This document shows, in pieces, positions 1-14,556 of a stretch of DNA of 64,000 nt; the stretch's first letter is position 1, and each line of letters begins with the position of its first letter. Both the position numbers and the translations under genes were made by a program. Source of the stretch: Octopus vulgaris (Eukaryota); contig OX597821.1 of NCBI GenBank assembly GCA_951406725.2, forward strand, positions 4,340,001-4,404,000. The letters are read 5' to 3'. The notes beneath the pieces were generated by a model, which saw only the letters and a program-made list of their open reading frames with translations, was not told the DNA's origin and made no database searches.

Positions 1-105
1 GAGTGATTAAATTTTTTCATATTCTTATTTCGATATTTGTTTTTCTTTCATTTTATATAACATCCTACATATTTTCTTCGCCTATATTTCCTTAACTGTG
101 AAATA

Positions 106-1030
<925 letters not shown>

Positions 1031-1070
1031 CCTATCATTTCCGTCACTCTCACAAGGTGAGTAATATATA

Positions 1071-2271
1071 CAAGGGTTGGAGAAAATAATGGAAGCACCT
1101 TAAAATTTGAATTGAATTTATTTTAATGTGGGGTACGGCCGCCTTTAGCAGTAATAACAGCTTAGATTCTGCGAGGTATGGACTTGTACAAAGTTTAAAT
1201 TGCTTCCAAATGAATTTTTGTTCATTCTTCAACTAATACAGTCTCCAGTTCTTATAGTGATGATGGTAGAGGATATCAAATCCTTACTTGTTTTTTTAAA
1301 ACGCACCATAAATGTTCAATAATATTGAGATTTGAGGAGTGTAGTGGACAGATAAGATGTTCAACTTCACTAGAACGTTTCTAGTGGCATTCAGTAACAA
1401 ACGTAGCCGTGTAAATTAGTGCATTATCATCCCGAGAGATTTCGTTTCCTTCTTTAAATAGTCTTGGCCATTAATTCTGCCATCATTGGGATCATTGGGC
1501 TGGTGGATTTCCAAGGTATAGCCCTGCCAGCTCATCACGATCCTCCTCCATGTTTAACATATGGAAAAAGGCTCTCTGGGTCAAATGCTCCTTTTGGCTT
1601 TCTCCACTCTAATACTCGGCAGGTGATCGGAAATACGGTAAAGGGTGACTCGTCTGTGAAAATAACTTTCTTCCACTGCTCTAGGGACCAATTCTGCAGA
1701 ATTTTACTCCACTCTAAACGCTTTGCAACGTTTGTTTTTGAAATTAGTGGTTTGGTTTTCTGAATGCAGCCCTCCAGTGAAATCGGATTTTGTGCAGCGT
1801 ACCGGAGAACAGTTTTTCTGGAAACTGGGTTCTCGAGGTAGTCATTGAGCTCTGCAGTAATTTTAGGAGCTGTACTTTTGTGATCCTTTCTAACAATTCG
1901 CGTAAGACTTCGATGCTTCCTATCTGAAAGTGTTCGTCTTCTTTCGGAGCTTTGTTTCGAAGAGTAGGCTTTTTCCTCTTTCTCAAACGCTGTCATTACT
2001 TTCGAGACAGTACTTCTAGATACAACTGATAGATACAACTTCTAGATACTTCTAGTACAACGGCTGTTTTCGTTACGCTGGCACCTGCCATACAAGCAAC
2101 TACAATTTGACCTCTTTGAAAGTTAGATAGATCTGTCATTTAATGAATTTTAATTACATTTTTTCTGATGATATCAGAAAAGAAATAGCAATTGTTGCTA
2201 AACATATTATGCAAAGCTAGATATTTCAAAATTATGACGCTAGGTGTTTCCATTATTTTGTCCATCCCCTG
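1071..2271 (-). mobile_element. Tc1-family DNA transposon, full-length fossil
   Basis: ~30-bp TIRs CAAGGGTTGGAGAAAATAATGGAAGCACCT / AGGTGTTTCCATTATTTTGTCCATCCCCTG flanked by TA on both sides; transposase remnants inside. Confidence 0.93.
1123..2139 (-). pseudogene. Tc1 DDE transposase pseudogene
   Basis: MTDLSNFQRGQIV start, VSRSTVSKVM HTH, WKKVIFTDES, KHGGGS, DDNA, NLNIIE, KGGRTPH* end; stops, frameshifts and a small tandem duplication near 2010-2058. Confidence 0.9.
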
Positions 2272-2583
2272 TATGTAAACAGATCGGAAAATGTAGCTTG
2301 GAAAGTAGATATGTAGCTAGTGAGATGAATAGACATATAGATATATAGGTGCATTCTATTCTATCATACGCATTACCTGTCTTAGTGTAACCTGTATGTT
2401 CGAACATTTTTTAGACCTATTATTTTTGGAGTTATCGAGCAAAGCTCACAATAATTTTTTAAAGCGTTTCTCTTTTTCTACGTCAAGTTGATCTATTTGA
2501 GATGATATTCCTAACGCACTATTATTGTTTTTAATATCTTTCTCCTCACACCAACGTATTATCTCTTATCTCTTAGCTTGATA

Positions 2584-2654
<71 letters not shown>

Positions 2655-2704
2655 GTATGTATGTATGTATGTATATGTTTATAAATATATGCCTATATAT
2701 TTAA

Positions 2705-2739
<35 letters not shown>

Positions 2740-4195
2740 AGTGTGTGGAATTACATATACATTTACATATATACATATAAATATATATATACATATATAT
2801 ATATGCATAAATATACGTATATCCACATATAAATATGCGTCTATACTTATATAAATACGCATACATATATATATTTGTGTATGTGTATATATATATATAT
2901 ATATACATACATGTATATATATAAGTACATGTATGATTGCATATAGATCAATATACATGTGTGTGTGTGTATCCCTCTCTCTGTATGTATAGTACAAGTA
3001 TGCACATGTACACACATTAGCATATATTTATATAGTTGTATATATGCATGTCTGAATGTAAGTGTGTATATATATGTGTATATGTACGCACGTCGCTGGT
3101 TCACTTTATTCTTCCTACACTTTAGTATTGCTGTTTAATTCCATCCCTTACTCTTACTCTGCAACTAACGCCACGTCTATCTCCTTACGAATACAGAACA
3201 ACATTTTCTGTTCATCCTCAATTGAACATTAATAACTGTATCTATTTCTCTCCAGCTTCATAACTAATTCTCTACATCATTTTCTCTTTCACTCTCCTTC
3301 TTTTCTTCTCAGTCAACTTTACTCTGGCCCTTTCACACTCTCTATATTCCTGTCTTTATCACGGCAACTCTCCTTTATTTTCACTCTCGTCGCTCTTATT
3401 ATCGTCATCTTTATCTCTATGAATGTCTTTTACCCTGCCACACTATCTAATGTATATTTTCTTCAACAATAACTTTTTCTGTTTTCTCTCCATCTCTTTT
3501 GACCCCACTCACCACATTTCTCTCTCTCTCCCTCTTTATCTATCCCTCTTCCCTTCTCTCTCATATTCTCTCAGTCACTTTCTCTCTTACTCTCAACCCC
3601 CTTTTCTCCTATTCTCCCTGTCTCATTCTACCTCAATCGTTTCTAATCTTCCCCACCCAATGACCGACAAATATATATCTCCATTATTCGGCTCTCCTTT
3701 CTCTTCCATTCAGTATCAACCACTTCACTTGGTATTCATATTTTAGTGCATTCTTATCACCATTATTATTATCATTTCAGCGTTATAACAAAAACAACAG
3801 AAACAAGAAGAATAACAAAGACAATAATAATAGTAATATCATTATTATTATTATTGATATTTATTTATTTATTTTTATATATTATCTTTCCACTGTAGCA
3901 TTTCATAATACTGCCTAATATCTTATTTTTCTTTTCATCAACATTTTCCTCTTATTCACCTCAGTAAAGCTATTCGTTTTTTTTTACATATTCTTTTATA
4001 TCTGCTTTGTTATCATTTATTACTTTTTTTTTTCGCATTTTTAGTTATTTCCTCTCAATTTATATAGATTGTGTGTTTCTAAGCTCGTGTAAAATGATCT
4101 TCATTATTATATATGCGTTCTGTGTTCTTATATATGTATTTTAATTTCCCCTTATACACACACAAACTCACATGCACACATATACATACATACAT

Positions 4196-4265
<70 letters not shown>

Positions 4266-4313
4266 ATATTCAAACATATATATATTCATATACATATGAA
4301 TATCTAATATATA

Positions 4314-4398
<85 letters not shown>

Positions 4399-5036
4399 CG
4401 TAGTATAATCATTTATATGTGTACGTGTGCATATTTCCTTTTTCTGGTGATCTACGAGATAAGAAGTATCTTTCATCATACGCTTACACTATATCAACAG
4501 AGAAAAGCATTCAGTAGTTTCTTTTTTCTCATTAGTCTTTTGTTTTTATTTCCCTCTCACAGTATCTGCACTGAGCATATATAATATATAGAACCAGATG
4601 TTCACGCTGTATTTATATTAACTCATATCAAAATTACCATAGAAATAGCTACGCATATCAATGAAAAACTGTATCCTACCATTAGGTCGCTTGGTAGCTA
4701 TTATCGTAAATATTTATGAGGTCTTTTTTGTAAAGTGGTCAATTTGCAATTTTGTTTACATTTTTATTGCATGGATTTGTTAATTTTATTTTCATTGTTT
4801 TAATTTGTTGTTTTTCATTTCGTTGCTATCATTTTCTTTCATTCTCTATTTCTTCCTACTTTATTTTATTTTCATAGATTCCAAAAGGGAACAGCTATCA
4901 TCTTAGATTGCAAAATTGGTAACTCTCTGAATGTGAACGTGCGTATATACGTCTGTGACATCAGAGAGTGCGTCTGCTTGTGAGTAACTCTTTCTGCTCT
5001 TGTTTTTACGAAGTTATTCTGTCGTAGCCAGCTAAG

Positions 5037-5081
<45 letters not shown>

Positions 5082-5154
5082 TATATATTTATCATGCATT
5101 TATATGTATAAATAATATATGTACATATATATATATATATAAATATATACATAG

Positions 5155-5221
<67 letters not shown>

Positions 5222-5707
5222 TAGACATATATATATATGTGTGTGTGTGTGTGTGTATGTATATATGGGCGCATATAGTTATACTCATGTATACGCGCAT
5301 ACACATATATGTAAATTTCTAATATGCATGTATGTTACCCTAAGTATATATCTCTTCATGTATGGCTATTTGCATATATAAAAACTCACGTTCTAGAATG
5401 AAACACTCCTCCTGATAGAGTATGGTTACCTCGAAATAATCCTAAAGGTGTGTTTATCATTCATTTCCGTGTGTAATACGTAAATATTTCAATATCAAAT
5501 GTGACCACTACTGCATATACGTTACTAATATTTAGACAAGCGTATGATATATAAACATACTCTACATTTGTTGACACACACACACATAAAATATATACAC
5601 ACACATACATAATGATATATATATATATATATATTTACATATATATAATATTATAAATAATATATATTTATATGTGTACACATATATGTATATGTATGTA
5701 TATATTA

Positions 5708-5740
<33 letters not shown>

Positions 5741-5826
5741 ATATAATATTATAAATAATATATATTCATATGTATACACATAGATGTATATGTATGTATA
5801 TTATATATATATATATATATATATAC

Positions 5827-5874
<48 letters not shown>

Positions 5875-5965
5875 AGAGAGAGAGAGATAGATAGATAGAT
5901 AGATATAGAGAGAGATAGTTTGTATTAATATCTAATCGAACGCCAAGCATCCATTTCCAAGTATA

Positions 5966-6016
<51 letters not shown>

Positions 6017-6837
6017 GCACACGCTGTAAAGGACGCCCCCATCCCACACCCACCCGTCTCCCATCCACATCCACTTTACCCCAACCACCCCTACAGACAC
6101 CAGCCCTCCCCATGCTCCACTTGACATGAAGACAAACACATGAACACAAGAGCCCCAAATTTCCCCACCCTCGCCCTTGAAAAACATTATATTGTAGAAT
6201 GGCAAAAACGAAGACCTATATGACCAAACAGATTTGTCATATTACTGTCGACAGAAAATATAGGTTGATATTTTTTTCACTTGAATGTCACGCAACGGAA
6301 AATAAGCAAAGCCGAATGATCTCAGTTACTTTGTTTGGCGATCTAGTAATTCTGTTTTATTAGTTAGAATACATCAAGAAGATTTCTCCTGTGGCAACTA
6401 CTACAACCAAATATTTATAAATATTACTTTACATACGTGTCAAATTTTTAGGAAATTTCTTCGGTATGTCCATTGTAGTGTGCCTTGAGAACACGTACAC
6501 CACATACGGCTACAAGTTGTCATCCACTATACTGCACTTTAGCCGCAGGATTTCCGTAAGGAATTACTTCGAGCACGTTTAGTATATTTTAAATAATCAA
6601 TATGAAAGACAGTATGAACTGTAAGCTTTATTTAGCACGACAATCGTTCTGGCTTACATTTCTACTGTTCCCTAGCGAGCAGTGCAAATGTAAGTCGAAA
6701 CGATCGCCGCTAGAATCGACTTGATGCATACCTCAGACATTCATCTGTCGACAGCCGTTGTCCTGTCGGGCCATAACGTCACGTGGCGCGTCTTCTTGGA
6801 TTTTAGAGTGCTACTCCTCAGATCGTCGAAATTTGCA

Positions 6838-6963
6838 ATGCCTGAAATAAAGGAAGAGCATGCATGCGTAAAATTATGTTTTCTGCTGGGGAAAGTGGAG
6901 GCCGAAACAGTTGTCATGCTTCAAACAGCTTACAAGGCCGCTGACAAAAGCAAAACACAAGGT
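6838..6963 (+). pseudogene. mariner transposase N-terminal fragment
   Basis: EEHACVKLCFLLGKVEAETVVMLQTAY resembles the mariner HTH N-terminus. Confidence 0.65.
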
Positions 6964-6974
6964 TAGGTGTGATT

Positions 6975-7895
6975 TTTACACTTTCACTTTTGAAACTTTC
7001 GCGAGACAAAACCTGCCTCTCCATTCTAACCTTCCTTTTCAAGCGGTACTTGAAAAAGTTGATGAGCGATTGGCCAGAGAGGTAAGTGTTTGTCTCTAAT
7101 CCTTTCGTTCGTGTCCACCACACATATTATGTAACCATGGCCACCAGTACGATGAAAACTGCCTTGCTTTCCCGGTTGAGGGTAGGATGCAGAGCAACCT
7201 CCTTGATAGCCTCGGCCGACAGGCGGACTCGTCCCACACGTGACAGCAGCCGTTCGGCATATCCCATATGTCTGAAATGGTTGGACACTGCACAAGTGCG
7301 TGCAGAAAGGTTTCGTTTGATCCACGACTGTAGTTCGGCCAAGGAGACGAGTCGCGGGAAAGTGCGTCGCACAAAAGACGACCACACCTGTTCACCGTCG
7401 TCTATGAAGCGCTGGAGATGTCGCAGCCTGAGTGCATGTCTGCGCATCATCAACCACGGCATGCCTAGCCCTCCACTTAGCGGGTGTTGACAGTAAGTGG
7501 ATCACCTAACCATCGGAACGCTTCCCTTCCACAGGAAGCGGAAGAGTATGCGTTCCAGTTTGGTGATGGTAGGGTCGGGACAAGACACGACGGTCAGACG
7601 GTACTCGATAACGGATGCGATGTAAGCGTTCGGGACCTCCCCCCGACATTTTAGGGATAGCTTCCTCTCAGCCCATTGTCGGTATTTCACCCCAGTTCTT
7701 CTCCATTTGGAGGTCCGGACCGAACCAGACTCCGATCAATTTAACCGGTCCGTTGGGCTATTGTCCCACGATGGAGACGCTGTTGGACGCCATGAGCTTG
7801 CTTCTCCAGGTACCGAGCCGCAAGTCCACTGACTTTTTCCGGTTAATTTTTGCTCCCGTTAGCGCTTCGTATTCTTTTAGTGTCTCGCCGACGGA
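6975..7895 (-). mobile_element. L1/Tx1-like non-LTR retrotransposon ORF2 C-terminal fragment
   Basis: WAERKLSL..LFRFLWKG, GLGMP, ETFLHALVQCPTISDIW (zf-RVT-like) across several frames; GC-rich island. Confidence 0.8.
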
Positions 7896-7911
7896 CAGAT
7901 AGATAGATACT

Positions 7912-7990
<79 letters not shown>

Positions 7991-8068
7991 TAACTTTGTA
8001 TAATTAGGGTGCAGCAAGTCAATAAGCATCTCTAAAAGTCCATTGCATTTTCAAACCATCTTTCATAA

Positions 8069-8100
<32 letters not shown>

Positions 8101-8647
8101 GACAAGAAAAACGTAAAACACCCCTTTCTTTCCTTTCCTCGGCGTCTTCTTAATACTTTGCGTGTACCACATTTCCGTGTTGTTATTTTCTTGTTCTTTC
8201 TTGGGTTTTTTTTTTGTGGGGGGGGGGAAGAGCGGGGATTAACTATTTACGGTACGCCCATACGGAAACCCGTCCTTACGACTGGCTCTGAAGTACCTAA
8301 TTTACGAGATTCTTTCTACCATCGGATTACATTACCCTAACGCGGAATAGATGAAAGAGAGGCGCCTGAAGAAGGGGAACTTTCCTTCTATTGTATGTCT
8401 TGTACTCTATTTTTCGTTGTTTAAGAAAAATGTCCATTTCCTTGGTTTTGTTTTTATGCTTTCGTTGTCATTGTGTTCGACATTTTTTTGTGGTGTCCTG
8501 TACACATATATGCATGTATATATGCATATAGATGTAGGTACGTACATATATATATGTATGTATATGTTTTATTTATTATTTTGTTATTATATGATAGAAC
8601 GCAAGCATCCACTTCTAAGTAAGTTTTATCTTAATATATATATATAC

Positions 8648-8678
<31 letters not shown>

Positions 8679-8742
8679 TGTATGTATGTATGTATGTATG
8701 CATGTGTGTATGTATGTATGTATGCATGTGTGTGTGTGTCTG

Positions 8743-9624
8743 TTAGGTTGCCAACTAAGTTCCCGCCGTTGTTTTAAATTTAAATTTTTTTAAAGGTTTA
8801 ATAGAAAATAAAAAATAATTAATCAATAATGCATTCATCTTTGTTGTTTACAACTTCTTCGCAACGTTCAAGAAGATTTTCAATACCTCGTTTGTGAAAT
8901 TACCCGATTTTCCCTCGAAAAATTGATCCAACCAAGTTCTCAATTATGTATCAGTATTGGACGAAACTCTGCACATAGCATTTGAAAGAGATCGAAATAG
9001 GTGGAAATCCGTTGGGGCCAAATCAGCAGAGTATGGCAGGTGTGGCAGCACTTCCCAGCCATGCGTTTCAATGGTTTCGTTGGTCATATTGGCGATATGA
9101 GGGCGGGCGTTGTCCTACAGCAGAAGAACTCCATGCTGCCGATTAGGTTTTTTATCTTGAATAGCTGTGTTGAATCGTTCTGTCCGCGTTCACCGTTTGA
9201 TTTCGTTCAAGCAATTCATAATGGATAATCCCTTTCCACTCCTACCATACGCACAACATCGTTATACGCAGATGAAGATCTTGTGTCACTTGTTTACTGG
9301 GGCTAAGCCATTCCTTACGCTGCTTCATATTGATGTAAGGCACCACTTTTCTTCGCCAGTAATGATGTGGTAAAGAAATCGCTGCTTATCTCCATGAGTT
9401 GAGCGAAGACGAGGAAGCAAACCAGCGGATATTGTGGATCGTTGATTTTTTTTGTTGTCACTTAAAGCATGCGGAACCCATACACCATATTTCGGAACCT
9501 TTTCCATCGAGTGCAGAAGCCTTTCTGCAGCATTTTCTCTGCCAGTTCCCTTGTCTTTTGACGAGAAGTTTTGTGCAAAATTTGGTTTAATCCCAATACC
9601 TGTCTGTCTGTCTGTTTCTCTCTC

Positions 9625-9667
<43 letters not shown>

Positions 9668-9957
9668 CCAAAAACGAGCGGTTCATTCAGCTATGACCCC
9701 CTCTCGGTACACAGCAAAAATATCTCGAGCAAAAAGCAAAAAGGAGGTGTCGAAAATGCTCGTTTTTCTTAACATAACATTCCATTTTAATGATCTGAAT
9801 ATAAACAATAATTAACCAAAATGAGCTATAAAAAAACAAAATAGTTTCCAAATGATTCAAAAATAGAATCCCCGAACAAAATAGATTCCAAAATTTCAAA
9901 ACGCAATAAATTCCAAAATTAAAAATAAAACCCGCGGGAACGTAGTTGCCAACCCAA
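8743..9957 (-). mobile_element. mariner (Mos1-like) transposon fossil
   Basis: TIRs TTAGGTTGCCAACTAAGTTCCCGC / GCGGGAACGTAGTTGCCAACCCAA, TA at right end. Confidence 0.9.
8819..9785 (-). pseudogene. mariner DDD transposase pseudogene interrupted by a microsatellite
   Basis: MECYVKKNEHFRHLL, WVPHAL, IITGEEKW, DNARPH, HLPYSADLAPTDFHLF motifs. Confidence 0.9.
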
Positions 9958-10713
9958 TATATATACATATATACGGAGAGAGAGAGGGGGGGAGAGGGAG
10001 AGAGGGGGAGAGAGAGAGGGAGATAGTGGGAGAGAGAGACAGACAGACAGAGAGACAGAGAAATATTCTGATGGCTTTGATTAGATTTTATCTCCTTGTC
10101 AGAATCAATCCAGGTACATGAGATGTTTTCAATAAATTTTAGGAGCCAAATATAATTTGCAAAATTTACATTGTCCAACATTGTAACACTTAAATTGATA
10201 AACAGAAAAATATAGTTTACTATGCCGTCGGTCACGCTGGCCGTCGATCTACATAACGCAGCCATTCATAAAGAATATATTACGCGACAAAAACGTATAT
10301 AGACATCGAAATAATAGTCTGTAGGACAATTGTAATATATTGAGTAGCCATAAAACTGCATATACATAGAGAAGGCAGCCGACAAAATATCTACTAAGTT
10401 TTTTAGTAATAAATTTTCCTGCAGACAACGCGATAAAACCATTTCCTAATTGACGAAACATAACTGATGACAATAGACTGGAAATATCACATAATAAAGA
10501 AAGCGGAAATTGCTAAAACACGTCGGTATAAATTCATTGCAAAATCGCTAAAATCATTTGATCTACAAGATACATCTAAGACCTCTTTTATTTACATATA
10601 GGACATTTATTGTTTCAATGAGAATAGCTAATATGGATATATGAGAGATCATCAATAAAAATGTTATGCGGTTTCTATATGGTAAAATATAAATTTATTG
10701 ATATGCACTTAAG

Positions 10714-10765
<52 letters not shown>

Positions 10766-12091
10766 GAGAGAGGGAGAGAAAGAGATAAACAGACAGAAAA
10801 AAATAGACAGATAAATATATAGATATATTTATATGCGTTTGTGTCTGTTTCTGTGTCTGTATGTACGTGCGTGTACGTACGCGTATGTATGTGTGTGTAG
10901 GTATGTATATGTGTGTATAATTATATATGTATATATACACACACATATATCTTCTTACATACATATAATGTCCATATATATTTGTGCATATATATACGCA
11001 CATATATACTTATGCATATATATACGCATATAGATATAACTACATTTACGATATTATATACGCATATGTATATGTAAATCTAATGTTATATATATATATA
11101 TATATGTATATACATATATACATACATATATATATATATACACACACATATATATATATATATTTATATATCTATATATGTATGTACCCATGTATGCGTG
11201 CATATAAATTTGTGTTTACATGTGTATATGCATAAAGTTGTATATGTAATCAAGTATATGTTTAATATGCAATGATCCTACGTTGTAGATGCTGATATAA
11301 TCCAAGTCTTCATGAAGCATTACACCATGTTATAAAAATAAATATCAGACTACAATAATCAATGTGTTTCTCTTACTAATATTTCCTCTTATATATAAAA
11401 GTAATTCGTCCATTGACAATCAAAGTAAAGAGACCCTACTCAGTTTTTCACATTACTAGAAAGAGTAACCAAATCGCCTTTTTTTATATTTTCAGCCTCT
11501 GTTCGTTAGTATGACTGGATATATTGTTTAATTGCTAGGAAATATATGGATATTTGTCTCTCGGTTACACTACTATGATTCGAAACTCTAAAACACATAA
11601 TGTACCCTGACGCATTTGAAACGAAAGAATGTATGATTCTGAGTAGATATTTACGCTGAAATTGCGCAAGAATTCAGGTAATTTACTCAATAGACCTTCC
11701 GAAAATCAAACAGAGATACAGCATCGAATCACATCAAAAATTTCATTTCCTGCTGCCAATGTAAGAATTAAGATGAAATTTTACTGAATACTAAATTTAG
11801 TTTAACTCTGAATATAAAATGAGAGGGTGAAAAATGTAATTCTAGGTACATTATGAATAATATATACAATTATAATGTGACTAAGATGGTTTATACTAGA
11901 CTGTAGCTAAGAATAAGCGGATGTATAGTTGTGTGTATCAGGATGTCCATTTGCAACTATGTGGTATGAGTTTTAGTCTTACCACGCGGCGACATGGACA
12001 TGTGTCTTCTGCTTTAGCGCCGATTCGACTAATGCGTCATGAATGAATTTGGTAGCGAAAAATATGTGTGCGTGTGTGTGTTTATAGGAAT

Positions 12092-12423
12092 ACTCTTTTG
12101 CTTGTTTAAGTCATTTCGCATATTCTTTGTAAGCCTAGTACTTATTCTAGCGCTATGTTACGGGGACCTAAGCACACCATCATCGGTTGTCAAGCGATGT
12201 TGCGGGGACAAACACAGAAACACAAACATACACACACATATGTGTATATACATATACACATATACGACGGGCTTGTTTCAATTTCCATCTACCAAATTCA
12301 CTCACCAGGCTTTGGTCGGCCCGAGGCTATAGTAGAAGACACTTGCCCAAAGTGCCACGCAGTGGGACTGAACCCGGGACCATGTGGTTGGTAAACAAGC
12401 TACTTACTACACAACCACTTCTG
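12092..12423 (-). mobile_element. tRNA-derived SINE, family A (internal microsatellite)
   Basis: Head with GTGGTT/GGGTTCAGTCCC A/B-box-like motifs; homologous to many copies in the window. Confidence 0.85.
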
Positions 12424-12497
12424 GATATATATACATATATATGTGTGTGTGTGTGTATTTGTGTGTCGATACGTACACACACACACACACATATATA

Positions 12498-12543
<46 letters not shown>

Positions 12544-13310
12544 CGTGTGTCAGTTTGTGTGCCTGATATATGAACGTGCGCAGTCATATGTCTATGAGTA
12601 ACAAATTGGGTTTAGTTTATGCATTTGTGTGTGTGTATGTGTATATTTGGTGAAGAAACGTCGTGTCTAATTTTATTAAAGAATTCGACATATAAATCGT
12701 TGATAACATAACAATGATTATCCTTCAGAAAAACCTCCTAATACCCAGTTTATCTTATTTGGTATTTTTCCTAATACAATTACAATACAAAAATCTTAAG
12801 ACTCAAGTTTATAAAACAAACATTAAAATAAGATACAAAAATATAATCAACAATTGTCTTAGTTTCACGATTTCTATTGATTAAAAAATAAACAAAGAAG
12901 CAAATAGCGGATAAGTGGATTAGTTCGCGATATTGATCTTGCTAACTTGTATACGGATTATATGACGTGAAACTATAGATTAAAGATACGATAAGTATGT
13001 TTGTTTCTGAAATTGCCTTAATATTTTTTTTTTACCCGTTTGAAAATTAATGTATATTTTCTTCAGTAAATAGACAACGATGTACGTGAATACCTCGCCA
13101 CACGTATTCATACTTCCTCACAATTGAATATGGCATCTCATTCAATTACGAATGACATATATTCTTAGTATTTTATTTTACTCAATAAGGTCGTTGATAC
13201 AAGTGCATTTTGACCAAACGGTTAAGAAGCTTGATTTACCACCATGAGATCAATGACCCGACATCATTACGTAAAAATCTTGGGAAAATATCCTTTTTTG
13301 TCATATTTCC

Positions 13311-13342
<32 letters not shown>

Positions 13343-13347
<5 letters not shown>

Positions 13348-14054
13348 GTAGACGACTGGCCGGATGGATTCTTAGAACCTTTAGAACAAGAGAACAAGAA
13401 ACCATGATGGTCCTCTGGAGGACACTTGTCCTAAGCCACTTTGACTATTGATCTCAGCTATGGTCACCATCCAGTGTCAAGTTGATCACACAACTTGAGG
13501 CAATCCAACGTAGCTACACGAAGAAGATAGCCTCTGTGCAGAATATAAGCTACTGGGAAAAACTCAAGAGATTAAAACTCTATTCCTTGGAGCATAGGCG
13601 AGAAAGATATGCCATAATATACATGTGGAAGATCCTGGAAGGACTTGTTCCAAACTTTGGCATCGAGAGTTACACAAATGCCAGAACTGGGCGCCACTGC
13701 GTGGTGACAAGGGCTCCAAATTTTCCATCAAGATGTAGGACAAGATACTGTGATAGCCTGGGCTTCCGAGACCCACAGCTCTTCAATATCCTCCCGAAGA
13801 ACCTAAGAGACCTGCATAGGGTGGATGAAGATGTCTTTAAAATGAAATTGGATCTCTTCTTGTCAGTTATCCCAGATGAACCAACTTCACGGCAGGAGGT
13901 GCAGATGAGTGCAGCTGCATCGAACTCTCTCATGCACCAAATGGCAGTTGCTAAAAAGCATTCGTGAAGTAAAACCATGTAGCAACACCAAATGATGGTG
14001 CCCCCGCATGGCCACAGCTCGTGAGCTGAACCTAGAATCAATCAATCAATCAAT
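13343..14054 (+). mobile_element. CR1-like LINE, 5'-truncated, with 3' UTR and (AATC)n tail
   Basis: GWILRTF..LWSP..LEAIQRSYTK..SYWEKLKRLKLYSLEHRRER..FKMKLDLFL; simple-repeat tail. Confidence 0.88.
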
Positions 14055-14057
14055 ATA

Positions 14058-14272
14058 TAAAGTTAATCCAAACATGAAAACACATGGGGAAAACACAACA
14101 ACACGAAGACGTGGAACAAATATAGTATTATTGGACGCTCTGGAAAGAAGGAAAGAAGGAGGGTTTACCGTTTCGAGTGGAACTCTTCGTCGGAAACATA
14201 GGAGAAGGAAAGATCCAAAGAAGGGAAGACGGAGGAAAAAAATCCCCAACGGTACACACGCGGTCAAATTTT
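14058..14272 (-). mobile_element. Short Penelope pLTR-like repeat with minimal HHR-like motif (14163-14197)
   Basis: CCGACGA-A-GAGT tcc ACTC-GAAAC; related to 34605-34780. Confidence 0.55.
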
Positions 14273-14343
14273 GAATATATATATATATATGTGTGTATAT
14301 ATATATATAAATGTATATATATATGTATGTATATATATATGTG

Positions 14344-14480
<137 letters not shown>

Positions 14481-14556
14481 GTAAAAGTAAAAAAGATATA
14501 CAAACTGGGACAAGAACGTGAAACATTTAGAAGACGACACAAAAAACATGGACGGG

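Noticed and set aside
6244-6272. CUGUCGA-ca-GAAA...GUU hammerhead-like string
   Set aside because: No helix II and imperfect helix III; indistinguishable from chance
10455-10495. CUGAUGA..GAAAUAUC
   Set aside because: Helix I does not pair and helix II is only 2 bp
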